The position numbers and the translations under genes were made by a program. DNA of 64,000 bases, from assembly GCA_963665845.2 (NCBI GenBank), contig OY762492.1, positions 672,001 to 736,000 on the forward strand, written 5' to 3'. This document shows, in pieces, positions 9,230 through 19,088 of the stretch. The notes beneath the pieces are model-generated. The model did no database searches, was not told where the DNA came from, and saw only the letters and a list, made by a program, of their open reading frames with translations. This DNA comes from Candidatus Poribacteria bacterium (GTDB lineage: Bacteria; Poribacteria; WGA-4E; GCA-2687025). Positions within the stretch are counted from its first letter, which is position 1; every line of letters starts with the position of its first letter.

Positions 9230-10615
9230 TCAGTCGTCCCCGCTGTCGTCCTCTTCATCGTTCGGCGGCTGCCGTTTCAGACGCTCCTGCTCATCGAAGC
9301 GGCGGAAGACCTGCTCAACCTCCTCGCGCGAATGGCGCTTGCGGACGGCGTTGTAGGCGTCCTGGGCATGTTGGGCGTCTCCCGCTTTGGCGAAGGCGCG
9401 CGCCATGCCCAGCAAGGCGTTCATGTAGCCTTCAGGCGTCGCCTCGGAGAGGGCGTATTCCATCTCAAACGCGCGCTGGTACGCCTTCGAGAAGTTAGCG
9501 TACGCTGCAGACATTTCCGCCTCTAAGTCGGGCTTAGATTCAGGATCAACTGCCGGCGCCTGCTTTGCCGAGGCGGCAGCCCGTTCCTCCAAGATAGACG
9601 AAACGCTCCGTTCCCCCCGCTCCAATGTCGAGTAGCGGCCCTCCGCCATTAATCTGCCGACAGCGTACGCCTTGTGATATTGATCTGCCGCATCATACAG
9701 CATATCCAGACGCTCATACGCAATGCCGAGCGTCATATGGAAACTCGAATGGGAATGCTGACCATCCTCCGGTAGAATGCGGACGATCGCCGCAATCGCT
9801 TCCTCTGGATACTCCCTATAGAATCTGTTGGTCGCAATCATCACCGCCTCCTCGTCGGTCGGATGATGTTTAATCAGAAGCCGCGCCGTTTCGATCGCAT
9901 CCACGCCCGCGTCCATTTTCACAATCAGCGCGTCGCGCGAAGACGGATCCTCCGCCAAAACCCGCTCGGCGTACTCCGCGGCGTATTCGCTTTCATCTCG
10001 ATCCCAATATTCGCCGCCCGCTTCTTGGAAAGAATACGGATCGAGTAAGTACTTGGCGGCGGTCAGGTCGTCCATGCCCTCCACCAGCATCTCGATCGCG
10101 CCGCGCGGCGTTTTTTCTCCTTCCGGCACATACGAAAGCCCAGTATGTTCGACCAGATATTTATCGATGCGGTTCTTTTTCTCGCTGAAGTTCGGATCAT
10201 ATTTCCAGTTGCCTCTTTTCTCAATCATGCGCTGATAGATGGCGTCCAGCATGTTTGTGGAACGGCGCCTATAGTATTTGAGGTTGGCGTTGAGGCGGGC
10301 GGCAATCTTTTCGTCGTTATCCCCTTTCTCGATCGATAGATACAGGTCATATTCGATCAGTTCGCGTATCTTCCAATACATTTTGTCGCCGTTCTTGGCG
10401 TATAGCTGGCTAAGATGCCGTTTATAGCGGGAACTGAAATCGGACGGCTGCGCATTCTGCGCTTCGATCCCTGAAGACGCCAGATTGTTCTGCCGCAAAA
10501 GAAGTCCCGCCGCAACGGCCAAAGCCGCCGTTAAGACGGCGCCGACCAACAACAGCGCCAGGCGCGCCCTGCGGTATCGCCCCCTACGGTATGATGAGCG
10601 TTGCGTCGTTTTCAT
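9230..10615 (-). CDS. Membrane-anchored alpha-helical/TPR-like hypothetical protein
   Basis: N-terminal TM helix; TPR-like LGIAYERL; C-terminal ~85 aa almost identical to 12581..14179; ATGA overlap with hpt. Confidence 0.8.
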   Translation of the reverse strand: MKTTQRSSYRRGRYRRARLALLLVGAVLTAALAVAAGLLLRQNNLASSGIEAQNAQPSDFSSRYKRHLSQLYAKNGDKMYWKIRELIEYDLYLSIEKGDNDEKIAARLNANLKYYRRRSTNMLDAIYQRMIEKRGNWKYDPNFSEKKNRIDKYLVEHTGLSYVPEGEKTPRGAIEMLVEGMDDLTAAKYLLDPYSFQEAGGEYWDRDESEYAAEYAERVLAEDPSSRDALIVKMDAGVDAIETARLLIKHHPTDEEAVMIATNRFYREYPEEAIAAIVRILPEDGQHSHSSFHMTLGIAYERLDMLYDAADQYHKAYAVGRLMAEGRYSTLERGERSVSSILEERAAASAKQAPAVDPESKPDLEAEMSAAYANFSKAYQRAFEMEYALSEATPEGYMNALLGMARAFAKAGDAQHAQDAYNAVRKRHSREEVEQVFRRFDEQERLKRQPPNDEEDDSGDD

Positions 10616-11166
10616 CGTCTCTCATCCCCTGCAGCTTCAGTGCCGGAGTCCAGCGCCGCCACATACGGCAGCTGCCGATACCGCCCGTCGTAATCCAAAC
10701 CGTAACCCACAAGGAACCGATCCGGCACCTCAAAGCCGACATAGTCCGCTTCCACAACCGTTTCCCGCCGCGCCGGCTTGCTCAACAGCGCGCAGACCCG
10801 CAGCGACGCCGGCTCCTCCGCCTGCAGCCGCTCCAGCGACGCCTGCAGCGTCCGCCCCGTGTCGATGATGTCCTCCACCGCCAGAAGATGCCGTCCGCGC
10901 AGGCTGGACGAGGGCTCCGCCGTCCATTGAATCCGCCCCGTTGATTCGCTCCCTTCGTAGCTGGACGCGCCGATAAAATCGATCTGCGCATGAATCGTCA
11001 AGGCGCGGCTTAGGTCCGCCAAAAAGATGTAGCTTCCCTTCAAGACGCCGACCAGCGTCAGCTCCCTGCCTTCGTAGTCGCGGGAGATCTGCGCGGCAAG
11101 CTCCTGAACGCGCGTCTGGATGCGCTCGGCGCTCAACAGCGTTTGCCCCGGCTTCTGCAGGGTCAT
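10612..11166 (-). CDS. hpt: Hypoxanthine phosphoribosyltransferase
   Basis: VLKGSYIFLADL, VEDIIDTGRTL and FLVGYGLDY..YRQLPY motifs; follows tilS. Confidence 0.95.
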   Translation of the reverse strand: MTLQKPGQTLLSAERIQTRVQELAAQISRDYEGRELTLVGVLKGSYIFLADLSRALTIHAQIDFIGASSYEGSESTGRIQWTAEPSSSLRGRHLLAVEDIIDTGRTLQASLERLQAEEPASLRVCALLSKPARRETVVEADYVGFEVPDRFLVGYGLDYDGRYRQLPYVAALDSGTEAAGDERR

Positions 11167-12530
11167 TCGCCTGGCTCCTTTGCGGTTAAAAAAAGAACGC
11201 GCCGGCTGTCGTCTGTCACAGCATGCCTCCGATCTGCGCAGACGCCCGGCATCCAGATCGGCGCGCCGCCGCCTTCGCACACCGCAGGATAACGCGGGCG
11301 CAAGAGAGCCGGCATCCCCGCCTTCGCCATCAACTCAAAGGCGCGTTTTGGACGGGCGGCGCCGTACGGGGTTATGCGATCGTCCGGGCGCGCGTTTCGG
11401 ACGCAGAGCGGTTTTTTCAATCGATCCCAGTCGAACGCGGCTTGCTGTTTCGGCAGCTTGCGTTGACGGAAATCGTCCGCGTCCAGCAGCTCGGCGCGTA
11501 TGCCGTCCATCTCGCATGGCGGCTCCATTGACGCCTCGTTGTCGGCGGACGGATTGTCAACATTGAATGCGGCGGCGCCGCCCCTGAACCGAACAAGCGC
11601 CGTTTTGCGCGTCAACATACAGACCCCGTTTTTTTTATTCCCCATAAACAACCGCGCCCGCTCCGTTTCATGAAACGCCGCCGCTCGCCCGCCCGACAGA
11701 TGCGGTTTCAAATACGCGCGCGTTACGCGCCGTTGAAGCGCGGTCGGCAGACGCCGAAATTCGTTCGCGTTGATCCATCCGCGCCTGACAACCGCTCGGT
11801 ATGCGTTCCGCGCCATTTGATTCAGCAGGTCGTTTTCCGCCGCGAGCGTCCGCGCCGCGTTCGCAAGGGCGCGCGAAATCTGCGGGTTGCGTTCGCGCAA
11901 AACCGGCAGCGCCGCATGCCGCGTCCAGTTCCGCAGATGCGCCTCGTCCGCGTTCGTGGGATCGTCGCGGTACGGGATCCCGTTGTCAAGGGCAAACCGC
12001 TCAATCTCCGCTCTCGGCGTCTCTAAGAACGGGCGAATCCACCGCCCGCGCCGGGGCGACATGCCCGCAAGTCCGCCCGCGCCCGCGCCGCGCAGGAGCC
12101 GCATCAACACGGTTTCAGCGAGATCGTCCTGATGATGCGCAAGCGCAATCTTGTCGGCGCCGACCTTCTCCGCCGCCGCTTTCAAAAACGCCAACCGCGC
12201 CTCCCGCGCCGCCGTTTCAATGGAAACCCCAGCCTCTTCCCTTCGCTTTGGGACATTGATACGCCCCGCTTCAACAGGCATGCCGCGCTTCTCCGCCTGC
12301 TGAACGACAAAACGCGCGTCGTCTGCGCTCTCTTCGCCGCGCAGCATGTGGTCTAAATGCGCGACGCAGCACGGAACGCCCAACCGCCAGAATGTCTCCA
12401 GCAGCGCCATCGAGTCCAGCCCGCCGGAGATGGCGAGCAGAATGCGCTCCCCCTCTTCAAAGAGGCGGCGGCTTTTGCAAAAATGCGCGACGCGCTGAAC
12501 GAACATCCAAGCCTCCCGCCCGATCATCAT
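11163..12530 (-). CDS. tilS: tRNA(Ile)-lysidine synthase
   Basis: SGGLDS PP-loop, HLDHMLRG, AHHQDDLAET, RPFL and DPTN..RN motifs. Confidence 0.95.
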   Translation of the reverse strand: MMIGREAWMFVQRVAHFCKSRRLFEEGERILLAISGGLDSMALLETFWRLGVPCCVAHLDHMLRGEESADDARFVVQQAEKRGMPVEAGRINVPKRREEAGVSIETAAREARLAFLKAAAEKVGADKIALAHHQDDLAETVLMRLLRGAGAGGLAGMSPRRGRWIRPFLETPRAEIERFALDNGIPYRDDPTNADEAHLRNWTRHAALPVLRERNPQISRALANAARTLAAENDLLNQMARNAYRAVVRRGWINANEFRRLPTALQRRVTRAYLKPHLSGGRAAAFHETERARLFMGNKKNGVCMLTRKTALVRFRGGAAAFNVDNPSADNEASMEPPCEMDGIRAELLDADDFRQRKLPKQQAAFDWDRLKKPLCVRNARPDDRITPYGAARPKRAFELMAKAGMPALLRPRYPAVCEGGGAPIWMPGVCADRRHAVTDDSRRVLFLTAKEPGE

Positions 12531-12580
12531 AATGCGGACGGGGGTAAAACGCTACATGAAACAGCGCGCCGTTTGACTGC

Positions 12581-14179
12581 TCAATCGTCCGTCTCCTCCT
12601 CGCCGTTGTCGTCCCCGCCGCTCGGCGGCTGCCGTTTCAGACGCTCCTGTTCGTCGAAGCGGCGGAAGACCCGCTCAACCTCCTCGCGCGAATTGCGTTT
12701 GCGGACGGCGTTGTAAGCGTCCTGGGCATGCTGCGCGTCGCCCGCTTTGGCGAAGGCGCGCGCCATTCCAAGCAAGGCGTTCATGTAGCCTTCGGGCGTC
12801 GCCTCGGAGAGACCGTACTCCATCTCAAACGCATCTTGGTACGCCTTCGCAAAGTTGGCGTATGCCGCCGCCATGTCCATCTCTGCGCCGGGCGGAGACG
12901 GCGGAGGCTCCACGCCGCGCGGGGCGTCTGGATGGTCATGCGGAGTCGGCGGCTCAAAGTCCCTCGGATCGGGCGGACTTTCAAAGCCGGGCGCAACAGA
13001 CTCTGCAGGGGGAGACGTCTGCAGCGCCGCTTCAGCCGCCGCGGCCGCCGCCCGTTCCTCCCAGATTGATGGGAAACGCCGGCTCTCGGGCGTCAACAGA
13101 AGGGGCGTTATATGATGATTTGGTTCTACAAGGCCGGTGTGATAATTCGCCATGTCGATCATGTCCAAACGCTCATAGGCGGCGCTTAGAGATCTGTGCG
13201 CCCAATTGTAGCCCTCCTTCGGCGCGAGGGGCTCTAGAAACGCGATCGCTTCCTCAGGGTAATCGTAATAGAGCGCAAACGACGCCGCTTCCGCCGCCTC
13301 CTTGTCGTCCGGATACAACTCAATGAGCCGGCGGGCGGCGCCGCCGCCGTCCACTTTCTCAATGCGCCGGCGGGTGACAGGGACGCCGTCCACTTCCATT
13401 TCGGCCATGAGTGTTGACCCGGCCAAACGAGCCTTGAAGATAAGAGCCTCGCGCGAGGTCGGGTCCTTGGCAAGCGCCCGATCCACATAGATGTTCGCGT
13501 AATTCAATTCAGAACGCCATTCCACAGAATAGCGAAGTCTCTTCGCGGCAGCCAGATCGTCCAGCCCTTCCACCAAAACCTCGATGATTTCCGGAGGCGT
13601 ACTCTCCGAATCCTTTGGATAGCCCGTGGTAATGTTCAGCTCAAACAGCTTCTGAAAAATCCGATTCTGCAGATCTGAAAATTCAGGGTTCCATTTCCAG
13701 ATGGCGATTCCAGAATTATCAAGGAACTCTTCCCATCCGGATGGGTCCATGCTTTCCATTGCTTTGCGTCTCCATTCGAGCATCCTTTCGAGTTCAGCGC
13801 CTTGCTCTCCGCGCTCCTCTAGCTGCGTCCGCGCAATTTGGAGCCATCGTTCAAGATCGGGGCCGAGAGCTCCCAGAGCCGTTTTATCATGAGCATGAGA
13901 CTGTTGAGACGTTTCTTGAGCCTCTCCATCCGAAACGCCGGTTGACGATGCGTCTAGCGGCGTTTCACCGGAGGCGGTCTCCTTATCAGGCGCCGCTTCC
14001 GCTTTGCGTTGACGGCTGTCCTCTGCCTCGCCGCCGGCGTTGGCCGGCGGCGCTTCTTGTTGGGCAGTTTCATCGCGCGACTCGTCGGCGAAACGGAGCG
14101 CGGCAGTAAACGCCAGCGCGGCGGTCAAAACCGCCAAAACTGCGAACAGAGCGAATCGAATCTTTTTATGGCTGGTCAT
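12581..14179 (-). CDS. Membrane-anchored alpha-helical/TPR-like hypothetical protein, paralog of 9230..10615
   Basis: N-terminal TM helix; low-complexity linker; shared core blocks; Pro-rich spacer; conserved C-terminal domain. Confidence 0.8.
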   Translation of the reverse strand: MTSHKKIRFALFAVLAVLTAALAFTAALRFADESRDETAQQEAPPANAGGEAEDSRQRKAEAAPDKETASGETPLDASSTGVSDGEAQETSQQSHAHDKTALGALGPDLERWLQIARTQLEERGEQGAELERMLEWRRKAMESMDPSGWEEFLDNSGIAIWKWNPEFSDLQNRIFQKLFELNITTGYPKDSESTPPEIIEVLVEGLDDLAAAKRLRYSVEWRSELNYANIYVDRALAKDPTSREALIFKARLAGSTLMAEMEVDGVPVTRRRIEKVDGGGAARRLIELYPDDKEAAEAASFALYYDYPEEAIAFLEPLAPKEGYNWAHRSLSAAYERLDMIDMANYHTGLVEPNHHITPLLLTPESRRFPSIWEERAAAAAAEAALQTSPPAESVAPGFESPPDPRDFEPPTPHDHPDAPRGVEPPPSPPGAEMDMAAAYANFAKAYQDAFEMEYGLSEATPEGYMNALLGMARAFAKAGDAQHAQDAYNAVRKRNSREEVERVFRRFDEQERLKRQPPSGGDDNGEEETDD

Positions 14180-15726
14180 ATGTCAGATGCCCTTTATGGT
14201 GGCCGTGCAGTTGATGTTGGCGCCAGTGATGATCCCATTTATTGCCAGGGACCGTTGGGACGGTGGGCTTATTGTGCCGTCTCGCCCATCCGTCTCCCGA
14301 CAGCAGTTTCTTCTGGTACGGCGTATATTTGAGACCTTGGATGTTCGTATGTTCTGACGTGTGCATCACGCATGCATCCATGGAATCGGTTGGAAAAAGA
14401 ATCTCTGCCAGCTTGTTATCTTCGTCGTCTTTTCCAGCAAGCCTCACTCTGGGGAATGATGCTCCAATTCGATTGCGTGCCCGACCTCATGACCGATTGC
14501 GACAGACCGTTCTCCAGACCATTCCATCAGCAGCAATTTGTCTTCGAGAATGACGCAGCGTTTCCTCCCATCCGGTGTGAATGCAAGACTTTTGGTATTC
14601 CAATGAATTGCTCTGTCCGCCCCATAGCGGAGAGGAACCACCCAGACAGCGGTATGCTTCTTTCCGCCCACGCTGCAGAAGTTTAAATGTGGAGGGTCTG
14701 GATCGTATTCCCCGGTACCTGGGATGCACTCGTCTGCAAGAATGGAATGGACATAAAGCCCAAGTCCATTTGCGGAGCCAATACTGCGGCTTTCCAATGC
14801 TGAGAAGACGAAAACATCCTTTTTCTCTGGGTTGAGGCGCATGTGGCCGCCGCCGAGCTTAAAACCGCGGTACTCTTCGAAAACGGTCAAGCCGTCGCCG
14901 GAGTTTTTGCCTGTATGAATGAGCGCTTCATCCCGGTCGCGTTTTGTCTGATCATCAGTAAAACTGGTGACCAGCGATAACGTCTTCCATGCGATGTTCG
15001 CTGCCCAGTCATAATACGATTGATCCCAAGCGTCGGCGAGTTTGTTGCCGGCGACAGCGGGCAAAAAATCTCCGTTGGAGTTGGATGATCCGACGCCGTC
15101 ATCCTTCGGGATTGTTTCGGGTTCCGTCGGTTTTGGAGCGTGATTGAGAACTTGGAGTACCGCATGAATTTTGCCGTAGGCGGCGTAGTCGTTGCAGACG
15201 ATTTTCACAGGGATCGTAATCGGTCGCTCAGGCCTTGTCGTCCAGCGGGCTTTGACAGTTGTCGACTTCTTGCCCCTCCCGACCATGTGATTTTGTTGCC
15301 GTATTTGGTCTGTTGATCCTCGGCCGGCGCAAAGTAAAGATCCGTGCCTTGGTGATTTTTCCAGTCCTCGTCGTTCATGTAGCGGCCTTTGTAGCTAGTC
15401 ACCTCAGACAGATGGAATGTGACTGAGGCTTCTCCAGGGTGGGAGATGTCCGCTACTGCGGTGAAGACGATGGTTTCTGTGGCGGTCGGCATCCATCCTT
15501 CCCATTCGTCTGGAGGCGAGAGCGTGATCGGGTAGGGCGGCGGGTTTGACGGATTGTTGTTTCCGCCGTTGATGGGCTGCTCAGGATCCAGAGGTGCTGC
15601 GGTATGTCCGCGCATCAGCGCGACGCTTGCGAGAGCAAGCACGAGGAAGAGAGCGGTCAGCGCAGATTTAGCGCGGTTGGCGCGCAATTTGCGAAGGAAG
15701 GTTTCCCGTTCGTCAATTTTTCTCAT
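14166..15726 (-). pseudogene. Twice-frameshifted, membrane-anchored zinc metalloprotease (metzincin-like), about 520 aa if repaired
   Basis: ORFs 15205..15726, 14444..15286 and 14166..14447 join into one frame by adding one base in the GGGG run at 15273-15276 and one in the CCCC run at 14451-14454; HEVGHAIELEH followed by CVM. Confidence 0.65.
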
Positions 15727-15929
15727 GAGTTGCTCCTTCATCTGAAAAGTTTTCGGCGGTCAAGTCAGCCTGCATTGATCATAGCGGAGATTCTTTCGCC
15801 GCGCAACGAATCCCATCCAAAACGCATCCTAACGGAAAATCTGATGAGCGTCAACAACGTTAAAGTTGCCCTCCCCCCTAAAAGAGCGTAGGCTGTAAAC
15901 ATACATAAACAGAACGCCGAAGGAACGCT

Positions 15930-17522
15930 ATGTCTGACCGACCGAACATCGTCCTAATCCTGAACGACGACATGGGCTATTCCGATCTGGGCTGCTACGG
16001 CGGCGAAGTCATGACGCCGACTCTTGACCAGCTCGCGTCGAACGGCCTCCGCTTCACGCAGTTTTACAATACGGCGCGCTGCTGTCCGTCCCGCGCCTCG
16101 CTGTTGACAGGCCTTCACCCGCACCAAACAGGCGTCGGGCATATGATGGGCGACGACGGCATTGACGGATACCGAGGCGACCTGAACGACCGATGCGCCA
16201 CCATCGCCGAGGCGCTCAGGGAGAGCGGCTACCGCAACTACATGAGCGGCAAATGGCACATTTCGCGCCATGTCGGTCCCGACGGACCGAAACACAGCTG
16301 GCCGCTGCAGCGCGGCTTCGACCGTTATTTCGGCATCATCACGGGCGCCGCGAATTACTGGTCGCCGCGCACCTTGACCCGCGGCAATACGCAGCTGGAA
16401 CTGAACGACCTGCCGGACGACTTTTTCTTCACAGACGCCATCAGCGATGAAGCCGCCGGCTATGTCCAAGACCACGCGGCAAGCGGCGGAGACGACCCGT
16501 TCTTCATGTATGTCGCCTACACGGCGCCGCACTGGCCGCTGCACGCGCATGAGGAGGACATCGCGCGGTATGAGGGGCGGTTTGCGGACGGCTGGGACAT
16601 TCTGCGGGACGAGCGCCTTAGCCGCATGCGCCGACTGGGGATTTTGAAAGAGGAGTGGACTTTGACGCCGCGGGACGCTTCGCAGCGTCCATGGACGGAG
16701 GCGGAACACCGCGCATGGAACCAGCGGCGCATGGAAACGTACGCCGCGCAGATTGATAGGATGGATCAGGGCATCGGGCGCATTGCGGAGGCGCTGGAGG
16801 CGTCAGGTCAGCTGGAGAACACGTTGATCATGTTCTTGGCGGACAACGGGGGCTGCGCCGAGGAGCTGGGCGGACGGGCAAGAACGCGCGACCGCGATTC
16901 GCATATCGCAACGGCGAGAACGCGCCAGGACGGTAAACTGGTCTACCATGGGAACGATCCGACCATCATGCCGGGGCCGGAGACGACCTACCAGAGCTAC
17001 GGCGTTCCGTGGGCGAATGTGTCAAACACGCCGTTTCGTTTGTATAAACACTGGACGCATGAGGGCGGCATTGCGACGCCGTTCATCGCGCATTGGCCGA
17101 GCGGTTTTGAGAGCCGGGGCGAGCTGCGCCATCAACCTGGTCAGCTGCCCGATGTCATGGCGACCTGCCTTGAGGCGGCCGGCGCCGATTATCCGGAAGC
17201 GCTGGGAGATCGGGAGATTCTGCCGCTGGAGGGGAACAGCCTGCTGCCGATTTTTCACAACAACGACAACGGCAAAGAAGCGTTTTACTGGGAACATGAG
17301 GGCAACCGCGCCGTCCGTCAAGGCGCCTGGAAACTGGTGAACAGACACCCCGGCGGATGGGAGCTGTACGACATCGAGGCGGATCGAACGGAGATGCGCG
17401 ACCTGTCGTCCGACCGCCCCGAAGTCGCGCGCGAGCTGGGCATGCTGTGGGACGACTGGGCGGGGCGCTGCAACGTGTACCCTTGGGCGGATTTGCAGGA
17501 GCTGCGCCGTTCGCGCCGCTGA
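15930..17522 (+). CDS. Arylsulfatase
   Basis: PNIVLILNDDMG, CCPSRASLLTG, SGKWH, APHWP, ADNG and HEGG motifs. Confidence 0.95.
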   Translation: MSDRPNIVLILNDDMGYSDLGCYGGEVMTPTLDQLASNGLRFTQFYNTARCCPSRASLLTGLHPHQTGVGHMMGDDGIDGYRGDLNDRCATIAEALRESGYRNYMSGKWHISRHVGPDGPKHSWPLQRGFDRYFGIITGAANYWSPRTLTRGNTQLELNDLPDDFFFTDAISDEAAGYVQDHAASGGDDPFFMYVAYTAPHWPLHAHEEDIARYEGRFADGWDILRDERLSRMRRLGILKEEWTLTPRDASQRPWTEAEHRAWNQRRMETYAAQIDRMDQGIGRIAEALEASGQLENTLIMFLADNGGCAEELGGRARTRDRDSHIATARTRQDGKLVYHGNDPTIMPGPETTYQSYGVPWANVSNTPFRLYKHWTHEGGIATPFIAHWPSGFESRGELRHQPGQLPDVMATCLEAAGADYPEALGDREILPLEGNSLLPIFHNNDNGKEAFYWEHEGNRAVRQGAWKLVNRHPGGWELYDIEADRTEMRDLSSDRPEVARELGMLWDDWAGRCNVYPWADLQELRRSRR

Positions 17523-17534
17523 AAGAGATCCCCG

Positions 17535-19088
17535 ATGCGGCTGAAGTCTCGTTTCGTTCTTGCGGTGAATGCGGCGATTTTGACCGCCACAACGGTCTTT
17601 TTCTTTGTGGACGATTACCGCCTGCGGAATGTCTATTCTGAAGCGATACGCCAAAGCGCCGAAGCGGGAATCTATGTGCGCGGCATTGCGGAACGAGTCC
17701 ACGAAAGCATCGCAAACCTTGTCCATGGCGAAGAGCTGATTGAGCGCGTCCAAGCCGACCTGCGCGGCGATGCGAAGGACCTGATTCCGCAAGGCGTTAA
17801 GGAAATACGCCTTGCCGATTCGCTGGACCGCCCGCGCGTCTTCGCCAGCATGACGGGAGAATCGGAGCTCCGATCTATAGAATCGGGGAAAGACGACATA
17901 CTTGCCGTCAGCCAACAGGAACGAAAGCAGCTGAACGCGGCTCTTCAAAAGGAGGATGTCGGTTTTGTCGTGAACCTGCATCGCCATAAAGGCGAATGGA
18001 CGATACGAGTTATGATCCCGTATGAATGGTACAGCGAAAGCCCGTCTCTCGGCGACACAACGGCGCGGCGCGGCGATATTGAAAAGCGGGGGCTGATCGA
18101 AATACTGCTTTCCGCCGAGCATATGCCGATAACGCTGCTCCATGACCGCCTGATACATCTGCTGTTCGTTCTGCTGCTGGGGCTGTCGCTCACGGCGTTG
18201 ATCAACTTCACGACGGACCTCATCGTCCTGCAGCCGCTGGCGCTGTTGACGGCAATGATACAGCGCGCCGAGAGGGGCGATCCGCCGTTAGAAGAAACGT
18301 TTCCCGACAACGAGATCGGAAGGGTTCGGGAGTCGCTTTCCAAAATGCTGGCGGCGAGGGCGCGTCTCCATGCGGAGCGCATCTCGGCGCTGGAGCTGCT
18401 GTCCAGCGGCGTCGCCCATGAGATACGCAACCCGCTGCATACGATTTCGTTGTCGGCGCAGTATCTGAAAAGCCTGATCAACCGCTCCGATATGTCGGCT
18501 GAACATGCGGCGGACGCTCAAGAGACGCTCGATATGGCGCTGCGTCAGGTGAAAGAGATGAACCGCATTGCGAGCCAGTTTATGAACCTCGTCCGCCCCG
18601 CCGCCTTGCAGCTGGAGCGTTCCGATTTGCGCGCGCTGATGGACGCGGCGCTGAACGAGTTTTCGCTTCGTTTGGAGGAGGCGGGCGTTCAGATTCGCCG
18701 GCGGTACGACGACTCGATGCCGGCGCTGGAGGTGGATGTTGCGCGTCTTCGAAGCGTGTTTTACAATCTGATTCAGAACGCTATTCAGGCGATGCAGAAC
18801 GGCGGCTCGCTGTATGTGACGGTTCGCGCCGAGAAGAACATGGCGGAGCTGGAGATACGGGACACGGGCAGCGGAATCACGGAGGATGCGATGGAGCGTA
18901 TTTTTGAACCGTATTTTACGACGAAGGAGCGCGAAGGCGGCGTCGGACTCGGTCTGGCTTTGGCTAAAGAAGCGGTCGAAGCGCATGGCGGAAGCCTGAC
19001 AGCAAGAAGCAGCCCCGGCGCCGGCGCCGCATTCCGCATACGGCTGCCCATCGACATGCCCCCCTTGACGAAAGAGCCGCGCCCATGA
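17535..19088 (+). CDS. Membrane sensor histidine kinase (NtrB-like, HAMP)
   Basis: Two TM helices; AHEIRNPL H-box, NLIQNAIQA, DTGSGI, FEPYFTTK and GVGLGL. Confidence 0.95.
   Translation: MRLKSRFVLAVNAAILTATTVFFFVDDYRLRNVYSEAIRQSAEAGIYVRGIAERVHESIANLVHGEELIERVQADLRGDAKDLIPQGVKEIRLADSLDRPRVFASMTGESELRSIESGKDDILAVSQQERKQLNAALQKEDVGFVVNLHRHKGEWTIRVMIPYEWYSESPSLGDTTARRGDIEKRGLIEILLSAEHMPITLLHDRLIHLLFVLLLGLSLTALINFTTDLIVLQPLALLTAMIQRAERGDPPLEETFPDNEIGRVRESLSKMLAARARLHAERISALELLSSGVAHEIRNPLHTISLSAQYLKSLINRSDMSAEHAADAQETLDMALRQVKEMNRIASQFMNLVRPAALQLERSDLRALMDAALNEFSLRLEEAGVQIRRRYDDSMPALEVDVARLRSVFYNLIQNAIQAMQNGGSLYVTVRAEKNMAELEIRDTGSGITEDAMERIFEPYFTTKEREGGVGLGLALAKEAVEAHGGSLTARSSPGAGAAFRIRLPIDMPPLTKEPRP

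Noticed and set aside
17022-18158. Long antisense ORFs (also 34598..35731, 47182..48216, 51521..52465 and 53012..53977)
   Set aside because: Shadow frames of well-supported genes, expected in high-GC DNA.
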